64,000 nt of DNA, taken from the NCBI GenBank assembly GCA_016699795.1, contig CP065011.1:546474-610473 (forward strand). Reading direction: 5' to 3'. This document shows, in pieces, positions 32,304 to 41,283 of this stretch (position 1 is the stretch's first letter; each line of letters begins with the position of its first letter). The notes under the pieces are model-generated. The model had not been told where the DNA came from. It did no database searches and saw only the letters and a list, made by a program, of their open reading frames with translations. The translations under genes and the position numbers were made by a program. This DNA comes from Candidatus Moraniibacteriota bacterium. Lineage in GTDB: Bacteria > Patescibacteriota > Minisyncoccia > Moranbacterales > GCA-2747515.

Positions 32304-33710
32304 ATGAAACAAACAAAAATTGTGGCCACAATAGGCCCTTCCTCAATGAGTGTTGAAATATTATCTGAAATAATAAACGCAGGTGTAAATGTCTGTCGTC
32401 TTAATTTTTCTCATTCCGAACATCCTTGGCATGCTGAATGTATTGCAAATATTCGAGAAGCATCGAAACAAACAGGAAAAACTATTGCTATCCTTGCTGA
32501 TTTACAAGGGCCAAGAATACGGACCTTTATTCGAGAAGATATTCCTCTTTCTATAGGAGATGAGGCGCTTCTTGTGGAAAAAGCTATTGTAGAAGAAGGT
32601 GGGGATGGAATTGGAATAGATCAACCTCATATTCTTGAACAACTCAAAGAAGGAAAACAAATACTTATTGAAGATGGAAAAATTATTTTAGAAAGTATTC
32701 AAAAAGAAAATGGAAACTTGCGATGCAAGGTGACTATGGGAGGTGTGGTAAAAAATCATAAGGGAATGAACTTTCCTGGAGCACAGCTCAAGCTTCCTGT
32801 ACTTACACCCAAAGATGAGAAAGATATTCGTTTTTCTTTGGAATATGATGTGGATTATATAGCGCTTTCTTTTGTAGGACGAGGAGAAGATATTATTACT
32901 CTTCGTAATCTTATGAAACAAATTTCCCCAGAGAAGAAACAATATCCCATGATTGTTCCTAAAATTGAGAGGCAAGATGCTATCGAAAATCTGGATGATA
33001 TTATTCGAGAAGCTGATGCTGTTATGGTTGCACGAGGAGATTTGGGTATCGAGGTTGAAGAAAGTCGTGTAGTAATACTACAAAAAGAAATTATTGAAAA
33101 ATGTTTATTTCAGGTAAAGCCTGTTATTGTGGCGACGCAAATGCTGGAAAGTATGATGGAAAATCCCCGTCCTACAAGAGCTGAAGTGAGTGATGTCTCT
33201 AATGCTGTTATCGATCATGCGGATGCAACAATGCTTTCGGGAGAAACTGCTGGAGGAAAATATCCTGTAGAAGTGGTGAAAATGATGACGGATATAATAA
33301 AAAATACTGAAGAATCACCATTTGATGATGTGTGCGATACTCTCGAAATGCGACTTAAAAGTAAATATGCTTTTATGGTTCGGGGAGTGTATGAATTTGC
33401 TAGGTCAAATAATGTAGACGCAATTCTTGCTACGAGTGCAACGGGATATACCGCGCGTTTATTGTCTCATTTTCGACCTAAAACATCGATTTATATAGCA
33501 ACGGAAAATCCTATAACGCATAGGCAATTATCATTGGTTTGGGGTGTGAAATCCTTTCTTTTTGAAGGAGAATCTAATGAAGATGTTCTTATAGAACTTC
33601 TGGTGCAAAAATTAAAACAAGAAGGAAATATTGTTTCTGGGAATGAAGTAGTAACTGTTTTTCATGCTACTGTTAAGCTTCAGCGAGTTAAAGAAGAAAA
33701 GAAATCTTGA
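32304..33710 (+). CDS. pyk: Pyruvate kinase
   Basis: MKQTKIVATIGPSS, NFSHSEHP, MVARGDLGIE, and a C-terminal allosteric domain. Confidence 0.9.
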   Translation: MKQTKIVATIGPSSMSVEILSEIINAGVNVCRLNFSHSEHPWHAECIANIREASKQTGKTIAILADLQGPRIRTFIREDIPLSIGDEALLVEKAIVEEGGDGIGIDQPHILEQLKEGKQILIEDGKIILESIQKENGNLRCKVTMGGVVKNHKGMNFPGAQLKLPVLTPKDEKDIRFSLEYDVDYIALSFVGRGEDIITLRNLMKQISPEKKQYPMIVPKIERQDAIENLDDIIREADAVMVARGDLGIEVEESRVVILQKEIIEKCLFQVKPVIVATQMLESMMENPRPTRAEVSDVSNAVIDHADATMLSGETAGGKYPVEVVKMMTDIIKNTEESPFDDVCDTLEMRLKSKYAFMVRGVYEFARSNNVDAILATSATGYTARLLSHFRPKTSIYIATENPITHRQLSLVWGVKSFLFEGESNEDVLIELLVQKLKQEGNIVSGNEVVTVFHATVKLQRVKEEKKS

Positions 33711-33756
33711 TTTTTTCTTTCTTTTTGAGGTATAGTTTAACGGTAAAGAAAGATAC

Positions 33757-33843
33757 GGAAGCGTGGCCGAGTGGTCGAAGGCGCTTGCTTGGAGTGCAAG
33801 TGTGCGGGAAACCGCACCGGGGGTTCGAATCCCTCCGCTTCCG
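33757..33843 (+). tRNA. tRNA-Ser (anticodon GGA), long variable arm; CCA not encoded
   Basis: GGAAGCG acceptor stem. D-arm GCCGAGTGGTcGAAGGC. Anticodon stem-loop CTTGC-TTGGAGT-GCAAG. Variable arm TGTGCGGGAAACCGCACC. T-arm GGGGGTTCGAATCCCTC. 3' acceptor CGCTTCC. Confidence 0.85.
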
Positions 33844-34227
33844 CAGTGAATGAAGTGAACGAGGAAAGCGAGCAGGCAAAGAGTTTTGCCTACGTGAGGA
33901 TGAGAAGGGACGTACGAAGCGACACGGTCGCCGAATGTCCCCGGCCCAAAGGGGAATCCCTCCGCTTCCGCAAAAATTACTTTTTTAGACTTTATAGTCT
34001 GAAAAAAGGAGTTTCTATAGCAGATACCTGAGGATTCGAACGGGTAGGAGCGAGTGATGAACCGAAACTTGAGAGGTGAATCAAACGAGCGTCGACAAAC
34101 GCGAATGTATGAGCGTTTGGCGCCACCCCGGACAACGAGTCGTCGTTTCGATGATGAGGCGAAAATCCCTCCGCTTGGGCAGGTGAATGAAGTGAACGAG
34201 GAAAGCGAGTAGGCAAAAAGTTTTGCC
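33826..34227 (+). repeat. Direct repeats of the tRNA-Ser 3' end and its 45-nt downstream segment (att-like scars)
   Basis: aatccctccgcttccgca at 33826-33843 and again at 33955-33972; a 13-nt version at 34164-34176. The 45-nt downstream segment gtgaatgaagtgaacgaggaaagcgag[c/t]aggcaaa[g/a]agttttgcc occurs at 33846-33890 and 34183-34227. Confidence 0.7.
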
Positions 34228-34295
34228 TTTTTTGAAGAACTTTAGAATAAATAACTGGTATGTTTTTCTTATGAAATTTAATAAAAACAGCCGAG

Positions 34296-34330
34296 CGTGC
34301 ATGACGATCGGCTGAGGGTTGTGATTTAGA
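34296..34330 (-). terminator. Rho-independent terminator for the minus-strand gene 34385..35002
   Basis: On the minus strand: CAGCCGAtcgtcatgcacgcTCGGCTG followed by TTTTTATT. Confidence 0.5.
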
Positions 34331-34384
34331 TGGGATTAGATGTTGGCGAGTTTCTCTTCGACCCCCTTTTCTTTTAAAAGGAGA

Positions 34385-35002
34385 TCAGCATGAATTCCCC
34401 AGCGTTTCCACGTATTGTGGGCGGTGAGAGAAAGTGCTGTTATTAAAATCGCGAGCATGGTTCCATCGACTGGTTGCACTATGTGCATAAGAAGAAATAA
34501 ACCAAATCATGAACACAAAAGGAATTTTGATGATTATTTCAAATACTCTATCTCGCGCTGTTTCGAGTTCGAGAAAAGAAAAATCATAACCAAAGTAACG
34601 AAGAGCAAGGCTGAACATGAACATCAAGAAAATTGATATCAATTCTACTGGAGCAGGAGCGAGCCCTTGATTTTCCAGTGTGAGGGTAAAAAAACCAGTC
34701 TGGTTTTCTTTTTCGTAATTTGGCTTTACGAGATAGTGCAATCGAAAAATCGAAAGTCCCTTTGCGGGGCAGATGGAAACCAAGTCGCCAGTTGTTTCAT
34801 GGGGCACAAGAGCTGAAAGTGCACATCTTGAATCTATTTCCGGTGGTGTGGCAAAAATCCATTGGTCCTTTTGGCACGTTATGGAACTTTCTTTGAAAAC
34901 AAGCGTTCCGTCACATACCGGGGGAGCAAAGGAAGCATGCGCTATAGAAATAGCCGAAAGAAAAAGAACAAGAAAAATAAACAGTTTATGAGAAACTTTC
35001 AT
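34385..35002 (-). CDS. Hypothetical secreted/membrane protein (205 aa)
   Basis: Signal peptide MKVSHKLFIFLVLFLSAISIAHA. Cys-rich ectodomain and a C-terminal hydrophobic region. Confidence 0.4.
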   Translation of the reverse strand: MKVSHKLFIFLVLFLSAISIAHASFAPPVCDGTLVFKESSITCQKDQWIFATPPEIDSRCALSALVPHETTGDLVSICPAKGLSIFRLHYLVKPNYEKENQTGFFTLTLENQGLAPAPVELISIFLMFMFSLALRYFGYDFSFLELETARDRVFEIIIKIPFVFMIWFISSYAHSATSRWNHARDFNNSTFSHRPQYVETLGNSC

Positions 35003-35300
35003 CGAATTTACTCCTCTTCGTTTGAAGAAAAATTGTTAAAGAAAAATCCACCTTCTGATGGACGAATCAAAAGTACTTTATATTTTACGTTTTGTCTATA
35101 CTTATTTTCTCTGAGTATGTGTGTCGACATACGTACGTCTGATGTTGTATAAATCTCCCTTTTTATTTATACTGAAAATGTTTTTTGGTATTATAGGAGT
35201 AAAGAGAAATTTTTAAATTCTTAATGAAGGAGGGAAAGAAATTATTTCTTTTATTTTTTAAAAAAGTAGGCATAAAAGGAATGATTCTTTAATAAAAAAT

Positions 35301-35867
35301 ATGAACAAAGCTTTTATTATTTTAGGAGGAATTATTTTGCTTGTAGGGATTTATGTTTGGACAACCTATAACAAACTTATTTCGGCTAATGAAGCAATTG
35401 ATAGTCAGTGGGCTCAGGTAGAGACTCAGTATCAACGTCGTTTTGATTTGATACCGAATTTAGTAGGGTCAGTAAAAGGTGTAATGGCACAAGAACAAAA
35501 AATATTTGGGGATTTGGCTGATGCTCGATCACGATATGCTAATGCAAGTGAAACGAGCCAAAAGGCTGAAGCAGCAACGCAAGTTGAAGGCGCATTATCT
35601 CGATTATTGGTTATTATGGAAAATTATCCTGAGCTCAAATCATCAGAAAATGTACAAACTCTCATGGCCCAGCTTGAAGGAACTGAAAATAGAATAAGTG
35701 TAGAAAGAAAAAGGTATAATGACGTAGTGCAAAGTTTTAATGTCACCATTAAAAGATTTCCAGCTAATATGATCGCTCATCAACTTGGCTATTCGGAAAG
35801 AAATTATTTCGAAGCTGAGACTGGAACTGAAAAAGCACCCACAGTCGATTTATTACAAGATAAATAA
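35301..35867 (+). CDS. lemA: LemA family protein (second paralog)
   Basis: QRRFDLIPNLVGSVKGVMAQEQKIF and MENYPELKSSENVQTLMAQLEGTENRISVERKRYND. Confidence 0.85.
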   Translation: MNKAFIILGGIILLVGIYVWTTYNKLISANEAIDSQWAQVETQYQRRFDLIPNLVGSVKGVMAQEQKIFGDLADARSRYANASETSQKAEAATQVEGALSRLLVIMENYPELKSSENVQTLMAQLEGTENRISVERKRYNDVVQSFNVTIKRFPANMIAHQLGYSERNYFEAETGTEKAPTVDLLQDK

Positions 35868-36748
35868 TGAAGATAAACTTTATAAAAATAGTATTTTTTT
35901 TGGTAGGTTTTTTTGTATGTGTACAAAGTGGAAATGCTTATACTAACCCGGGTCAACCTAAGGGTTTTGTTAATGATTATGTTGGTATATTTACCGAAGA
36001 ACAGACACAAATACTTGAGAATAAACTTGTACAATTTGAAAAAAATTCAAGGAAGGAAATTGCTGTAGTTATCGTGAATACATTAGAGGGAGACACGGTT
36101 GAAAACTTTGCAGAGAAATTATTCAAAGAATGGGGAATTGGAAAGAAAAATGAAGATAATGGAGTTTTAATTTTAGTTGCTAAAGAGGATCGAGAAATGA
36201 GGATAGAGGTTGGATATGGATTGGAGGGTGATCTTACAGATGCTCAATCCTATTGGATAATTAATGAAATAATGAAACCGGCATTTCAGAATAACGACTT
36301 CTATAAGGGCTTAGATGAAGCTACAAATAAAATAATTAAAGCCGCAAATAGCGAAGAGATTCCAAGTCTTGAGGTGGATCAAAAACAAGATGATACTCTT
36401 GGTGGAGAAACAATTCTCGGTTTTATTTTTTTTGGTTTTATGTGGCTGTCTGCTATTTTGGGAAGAAGTAAATCGTGGTGGCTTGGTGGGATGTTGGGAG
36501 GAATACTTGGGGTGGTGATAGGGGTAATAAAAGGCTTTCTTTATTTTGGGTTTATTTCATTAAGTATTTTAATTTCACTGGGATTATTATTTGATTATAT
36601 AGTTTCCAAAAAATATAGCGAAGGAAAGGATCGAGGAAATGTTCCCTGGTGGATCGGCGGAGATTCTTGGGGAAGCGGAAAAGGTGGTGGCTTTGGTGGA
36701 TTTGGCGGTGGGATGTCTGGCGGTGGTGGGAGTAGTGGCCGATGGTAA
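35867..36748 (+). CDS. TPM-domain (TLP18.3/Psb32/MOLO-1 phosphatase-like) membrane protein with a Gly-rich C-terminus
   Basis: GFVNDYVGIFTEEQTQILENKL..EIAVVIVNTLEGDTVENFAEKLFKEWGIG..GVLILVAKEDREMRIEVGYGLEG. LemA-TPM pairing is a known conserved arrangement. Confidence 0.75.
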   Translation: MKINFIKIVFFLVGFFVCVQSGNAYTNPGQPKGFVNDYVGIFTEEQTQILENKLVQFEKNSRKEIAVVIVNTLEGDTVENFAEKLFKEWGIGKKNEDNGVLILVAKEDREMRIEVGYGLEGDLTDAQSYWIINEIMKPAFQNNDFYKGLDEATNKIIKAANSEEIPSLEVDQKQDDTLGGETILGFIFFGFMWLSAILGRSKSWWLGGMLGGILGVVIGVIKGFLYFGFISLSILISLGLLFDYIVSKKYSEGKDRGNVPWWIGGDSWGSGKGGGFGGFGGGMSGGGGSSGRW

Positions 36749-36857
36749 TACAATTTTTTCTTAGAAATAAAGAAAAAAATATTACATTTTGCAAATTTAA
36801 TATTTATGGTATTTTCAGTAAGGGAATAACGAGTTCTTTTTTTAGGAGGAAGCTATC

Positions 36858-37238
36858 ATGATCAAAACTCCAGACGTTTACTTTTTCTTTTTCAGAGGAA
36901 TTCTTTGGACTGGATTTTCTGAAAATATGATGCGTAAAGTATATTCTGTGAAAAAAGGGGATTTCGTTTGTTTTGAAGATGGAGAGGTAAGATGTCTTCG
37001 TTGTGGAGGAGAATTTATTTTGAAAACGGATATTAATCTTCCTAAATTTTTATTTTCTTGGGATACAGATTGTTTAGAGGAGAAGCCTTATTGTGCGCGA
37101 CAAAGAAGCTTCTATTCAACATTAATCTGTCGAAATTGTGACAGACGTCCTTATGTGGAGCACCACGCAAATATTTTATTCGTTGAACAAGAGAATAAGC
37201 AAAATAATAACGTTCATCTTTTACAGAAGATGAGTTAA
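36858..37238 (+). CDS. Hypothetical Cys-rich (zinc-ribbon-like) protein
   Basis: CLRCGG...C and CRNCDRRPY motifs. 126 aa. Confidence 0.3.
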   Translation: MIKTPDVYFFFFRGILWTGFSENMMRKVYSVKKGDFVCFEDGEVRCLRCGGEFILKTDINLPKFLFSWDTDCLEEKPYCARQRSFYSTLICRNCDRRPYVEHHANILFVEQENKQNNNVHLLQKMS

Positions 37239-37406
37239 CTTTTTTCAAAAAGAGTATCTCTGAGATACTCTTTTTTCTAAATAAAATAAACAATTTCTCA
37301 AACTAAATTTAGAATGAAATAATGAGAGAAATTTAAGAATGTTACATTTTCTTTTATTGCTTGTAGTTGTTAGAGTAAGCTCTCTAGGATAGTTTTTGAT
37401 TTACAA

Positions 37407-39242
37407 ATGAACGAAATAGAAGAAATTAAATCAAAAGTCAATATTGTAGACTTTATTGGAGAATATGTCCGATTAGTAAGATCGGGCTCAGGGTATAAGG
37501 GATTATGCCCTTTTCATAATGAAAAAACACCATCTTTTACTGTTTCCGAAGAACGACAGGGTTTTCATTGTTTTGGATGCCAAAAGGGTGGAGATATATT
37601 TACTTTTCTTATGGAAATGGAGGGTTTAGATTTTCGAGATGCTCTAGAGATGCTTGCCGAACGTACAGGTACAGAATTGAGAAAAAAAGAAAATTCTTTT
37701 GTAGCTATTTCTTCGGAACGATCCGTGGATCCTAAAAGATTATTTCTTCTTTTGGATTTTGCAACAGCTTTTTATGAAAAACAACTTTATGAGGGACAAG
37801 GAAAATTTCATGCCAGAGGCTATCTTTCGGAACGGGGAATGTCTGAAGAAATACTAAAGAAATTTAGAATAGGATTTGCCCCTGCTGGTTGGAATAATAT
37901 TGAGAATTTTCTTGTTTCGCGAGGTTTTAGCTTGGAGGAAATAGAAGAATCGGGCTTGCTTATAAAAAAAGAAGAAAATGTGGGAAGATCTTCAATTCGA
38001 AGATATGACAGATTTCGTGAACGAATTATGTTTCCCATTATGGATTCATTAGGAAGGATTATTGGATATAGTGGACGAGTCCTTCCTGATTCGGATGATC
38101 AAGGTGCTAAATATATTAATACACCAGAAACCCTTATTTATCATAAAAGTAAAGCGGTATACGGCTTGTTTCAGTCCAAAGAAGCAATTAAACAAAAAAA
38201 GAATGTTATCGTAGTAGAAGGAAATATGGATGTTTTAGCTATGCATAAATCTGGATTCGAAAATACAATTGCTGTAAGTGGCACAGCATTAACGAATGAA
38301 CATTTAAATATTTTGAAACGTTATGCTCGAGAAATTTATTTTTTCTTTGATATGGATGATGCTGGCCAAGAAGCATCGAGAAAAAGTGTAGAAATGGCTA
38401 ATCAACTAGATATCCCTTCTTGTGTTATTGCTATTTCCGGAGGTAAGGATGCTGCTGATATGGCTATTGAACACACAAAAGAATTATCTCAATTTATTGC
38501 AGGAGCTGTGCCTTCTATGGAATATTTTCTAAATAGCTGGTCTTTGAAAGAAAATATGAACGATGCTCAGGGAAAGAGACGATTTGCAGAAAAAGCTCTT
38601 TCTATGATTTTTACTATGCAAAATGAAATAGAAATTTCTCATTGGATGTCACGACTTTCCGATCGTTTAGGGGTTGAAATAAATGCGCTTTACGCTATGC
38701 TTAAAAAAAGACAAAAAGACGAACGAGTGTACGGGAAGAAGGAAGAAAAAAATTTTAGTGATGAGTCGCGGAGTTTCGGAAGTCGAAGTAGAACGGATAT
38801 ACTGGGAGAAAAAATAGCATCATTTCTTTTTTTTCATAAAAAATTGTGGGAGAAATATGCTCAAGAATTTGAAGAAAAAACAAATCGTATGAAAAATATA
38901 GCTCCAGGAACTTTTCTCTTCGAAGTTCTTTTTCGAGCCCGGGATTCTCTTTATGATTTTGATTCTTTTCGACTTATTATTCCGGACACTATTCGAAAAA
39001 TGGCTGAAAAAGCTCAACATGATATGGAGGTTCAAATAGGACAAACAGGAAATATTTCCCAGACAGATGCTCAAAAAGAAATAGAATATATTTTGGAAGA
39101 AATTCAGAAAGAATATTTGAAACAACAGTCCAAGCGAGTACAAGAACGATTGAGTGAAGCGGAAAAGTCTGGAAATTTTCAGGAAATTGCTCAACTGGGA
39201 AAGGAAATGACCAATCTTATGATGCAGATTCATAAGAAATAA
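37407..39242 (+). CDS. dnaG: DNA primase
   Basis: CHC2 zinc finger CPFHNEKTPSFTVSEERQGFHCFGCQKGGD. TOPRIM region VIVVEGNMDVLAMHKSGFENTIAVSGTAL. Confidence 0.9.
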   Translation: MNEIEEIKSKVNIVDFIGEYVRLVRSGSGYKGLCPFHNEKTPSFTVSEERQGFHCFGCQKGGDIFTFLMEMEGLDFRDALEMLAERTGTELRKKENSFVAISSERSVDPKRLFLLLDFATAFYEKQLYEGQGKFHARGYLSERGMSEEILKKFRIGFAPAGWNNIENFLVSRGFSLEEIEESGLLIKKEENVGRSSIRRYDRFRERIMFPIMDSLGRIIGYSGRVLPDSDDQGAKYINTPETLIYHKSKAVYGLFQSKEAIKQKKNVIVVEGNMDVLAMHKSGFENTIAVSGTALTNEHLNILKRYAREIYFFFDMDDAGQEASRKSVEMANQLDIPSCVIAISGGKDAADMAIEHTKELSQFIAGAVPSMEYFLNSWSLKENMNDAQGKRRFAEKALSMIFTMQNEIEISHWMSRLSDRLGVEINALYAMLKKRQKDERVYGKKEEKNFSDESRSFGSRSRTDILGEKIASFLFFHKKLWEKYAQEFEEKTNRMKNIAPGTFLFEVLFRARDSLYDFDSFRLIIPDTIRKMAEKAQHDMEVQIGQTGNISQTDAQKEIEYILEEIQKEYLKQQSKRVQERLSEAEKSGNFQEIAQLGKEMTNLMMQIHKK

Positions 39243-39335
39243 ATTTTTTAAAAAGAAGTAAAGTTATATAATTATTTATTTAAACAGAATGCCATACACG
39301 TTAGAAAATAATGTGTACAGTATGCTTTTCGTATT

Positions 39336-40805
39336 ATGGTGGAGAAAAAAATCTTAAAGAAAGAAGTTCGTAGTCGAAAAAATACTTCTACTGAAAAGAA
39401 AAAACCTCAAGAATTAAAAGCTAAGAAGGAGATAATAAGAAAGAAAGGTGCTTCGGAGGTAAAAAATTTGAATAAAACGGATTTGCATATTCGAACTATG
39501 AAAAAAGATATAAAGAATGTGAATCTAAAAACAGTTTTGAAGGAGAAGAAAATTATTATAAAAAAGGAATCAAAGAAGGATATTTTGAGAAGATCAGCGG
39601 AAGAATCTTTGAGAAAAAAAGAACTTGCCTCAAAAAAGAAATATGATTTAAATATTTCTCTTGAGGTTTCTATGGGGGATGAATTTAGTGAAAAATTAAT
39701 ACAAGGCGCCATTGACGAGCTTTTTGCAAAGGGAAAACAACGTGGCTTTGTTACAGAAGACGAAATCATTCATGTTATGCCGGATATGGAGGATACCGTG
39801 GATGATGTTGAAAATTTATATGAAAAATTTGAAACAGCAGGTATTCGAGTTTTAAATTCAGACGAGCTTTTACGAATGGATGCCCCCCTGAAAGATAAAA
39901 AATCAACAAATAGTAAAGAGGCTGTATCTCGAACTGATTATCTTGTGCATCCTCGAGAGGGTGAAGAAGATGGAAATAGTTCGGATCTCGTTCAGATGTA
40001 TCTTCGAGAAATTGGAAGGGTAAAACTTCTTACTTTCGAAGATGAAATTCATCTTGCTAAACAAATTGAAAAAGGAGATCCTATATCAAAACAAAGACTT
40101 ACTGAGGCAAACCTTCGACTTGTGGTGAGTGTTGCTAAGAAATATGTAGGACGATCAAAAAGTTTATCACTTCTTGATCTTATCCAAGAAGGAAATATTG
40201 GATTGTTTCGTGCTGTGGAAAAATTTGATTATCGTAAAGGATATAAATTTTCGACATATGCAACATGGTGGATCCGTCAAGCGATAACAAGAGCACTTGC
40301 TGATCAGTCTCGAACTATACGAATTCCTGTGCATATGGTAGAAACAATCAATAAATATATGCAGATAAATCGTAGGCTCGTTCAGGAACTTGGAAGAGAT
40401 CCTCTTGCTGAAGAAATAGCTGCAGAAATGGATGTAGAAGTGGAAAAAATTCGTTATATTCAGAAAATTTCTCAAGAGACGGTTTCTTTGGAAACATCTG
40501 TGGGAGAAAGTGATGATGATAGTGTTTTGGGGGATTTTATCGAAGACACAGAAACCCTCATGCCTCATCAAGTAGCTTCTCAAAAACTTCTTAAAAAACA
40601 TATCGATGAAGTTCTTGCTGATTTATCACCAAGAGAACAGAAAATTCTTACGATTCGTTTTGGTTTAGAGGACGGAGTAACGCATACTCTCGAAGAAGTA
40701 GGTCAAGAATTCGGAGTAACTCGAGAACGTATTCGACAGATTGAAGCAAAGGCTTTAGAGAAGATTCGAGAGAATGATCGATCTAAAAAACTTAGGCACT
40801 ATTGA
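39336..40805 (+). CDS. rpoD: RNA polymerase sigma-70 factor
   Basis: Region 2 [41 protein letters not shown]. Region 4 [24 protein letters not shown]. Basic N-terminal extension. Confidence 0.9.
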   Translation: MVEKKILKKEVRSRKNTSTEKKKPQELKAKKEIIRKKGASEVKNLNKTDLHIRTMKKDIKNVNLKTVLKEKKIIIKKESKKDILRRSAEESLRKKELASKKKYDLNISLEVSMGDEFSEKLIQGAIDELFAKGKQRGFVTEDEIIHVMPDMEDTVDDVENLYEKFETAGIRVLNSDELLRMDAPLKDKKSTNSKEAVSRTDYLVHPREGEEDGNSSDLVQMYLREIGRVKLLTFEDEIHLAKQIEKGDPISKQRLTEANLRLVVSVAKKYVGRSKSLSLLDLIQEGNIGLFRAVEKFDYRKGYKFSTYATWWIRQAITRALADQSRTIRIPVHMVETINKYMQINRRLVQELGRDPLAEEIAAEMDVEVEKIRYIQKISQETVSLETSVGESDDDSVLGDFIEDTETLMPHQVASQKLLKKHIDEVLADLSPREQKILTIRFGLEDGVTHTLEEVGQEFGVTRERIRQIEAKALEKIRENDRSKKLRHY

Positions 40806-40906
40806 TTTCCTTTTCTTTTTTTGGTAACGTGGGAGATGTTGGTTTATGAAAGGACCAGCATCTCCTGAAAAAGTTTCAGAAAAGAAAAAAAGAGATAAGA
40901 AATAAA

Positions 40907-40950
40907 ATTCCGGGATGGCGCTCCGCCAGCTGGCGGAGGTAGCGCAGTTG
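40907..40950 (+). other. Degenerate copy of the tRNA-Asn 5' half carrying a 16-bp palindromic insertion (TCCGCCAGCTGGCGGA) in the D-loop
   Basis: tccgggatggcgc[tccgccagctggcgga]ggtagcgcag versus the tRNA's tccgggatggcgcagcggtagcgcagg. The remainder of the tRNA is absent. Confidence 0.5.
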
Positions 40951-40966
40951 GTTTGATACATATCTT

Positions 40967-41209
40967 CATGTATACAGTGTACGTGATTTACAACAAACAG
41001 TGTGATAAGATATATATCGGGCAAACAAAGAATCTTAAGAAAAGATTACAGTTTCATAATGAAAAAGTATTCAAAGGATATACTGCTTGATTTGAAGGAG
41101 TGTGGGTTGTAATCTATTCTGAAGAATATAAGAGTCGAAAAGAAGTATTAGTAAGAGAAAAACAACTCAAAAGTTATCAGGGTAGAAAGTTTATTAAAAA
41201 ATACTATAT
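40967..41209 (+). pseudogene. GIY-YIG nuclease family gene interrupted by an in-frame TGA
   Basis: MYTVYVIYNKQCDKIYIGQTKNLKKRLQFHNEKVFKGYTA*FEGVWVVIYSEEYKSREVLVREKQLKSYQGRKFIKKYY. Homologues carry Arg at the stop position (a one-step change from CGA/AGA to TGA). The reading frame runs into the tRNA. Confidence 0.55.
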
Positions 41210-41283
41210 TCCGGGATGGCGCAGCGGTAGCGCAGGTGACTGTTAATCACTTGGTCGTCGGTTCGAATCCGACTCCCGGAGCA
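41210..41283 (+). tRNA. tRNA-Asn (anticodon GTT)
   Basis: TCCGGGA acceptor. D-arm GCGCagcggtaGCGC. Anticodon stem-loop GGTGA-CTGTTAA-TCACT. T-arm GTCGGTTCGAATCCGAC. 3' acceptor TCCCGGA followed by G and CA. Confidence 0.85.

Noticed and set aside
33771-34302. Track ORFs 33771..34031 (+), 33992..34216 (-), 34081..34302 (-) and 33688..33879 (-).
   Set aside because: They overlap the tRNA-Ser gene and its repeated att-like fragments. Their translations are low-complexity (PRSLHS.., RRDSNPRCGFP..), typical of reading through tRNA-derived sequence.
40967-41209. The in-frame TGA in the GIY-YIG ORF as evidence for an alternative genetic code (UGA=Gly code 25, or UGA=Trp code 4), as used by some CPR lineages.
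   Set aside because: Under the standard code the long genes in this window (polA, the 1639-aa and 1017-aa ORFs, dnaG, rpoD) are uninterrupted, and many genes terminate with TGA/TAA at sensible positions. The homologous residue at the stop is Arg, not Gly or Trp. A single nonsense mutation is more parsimonious.
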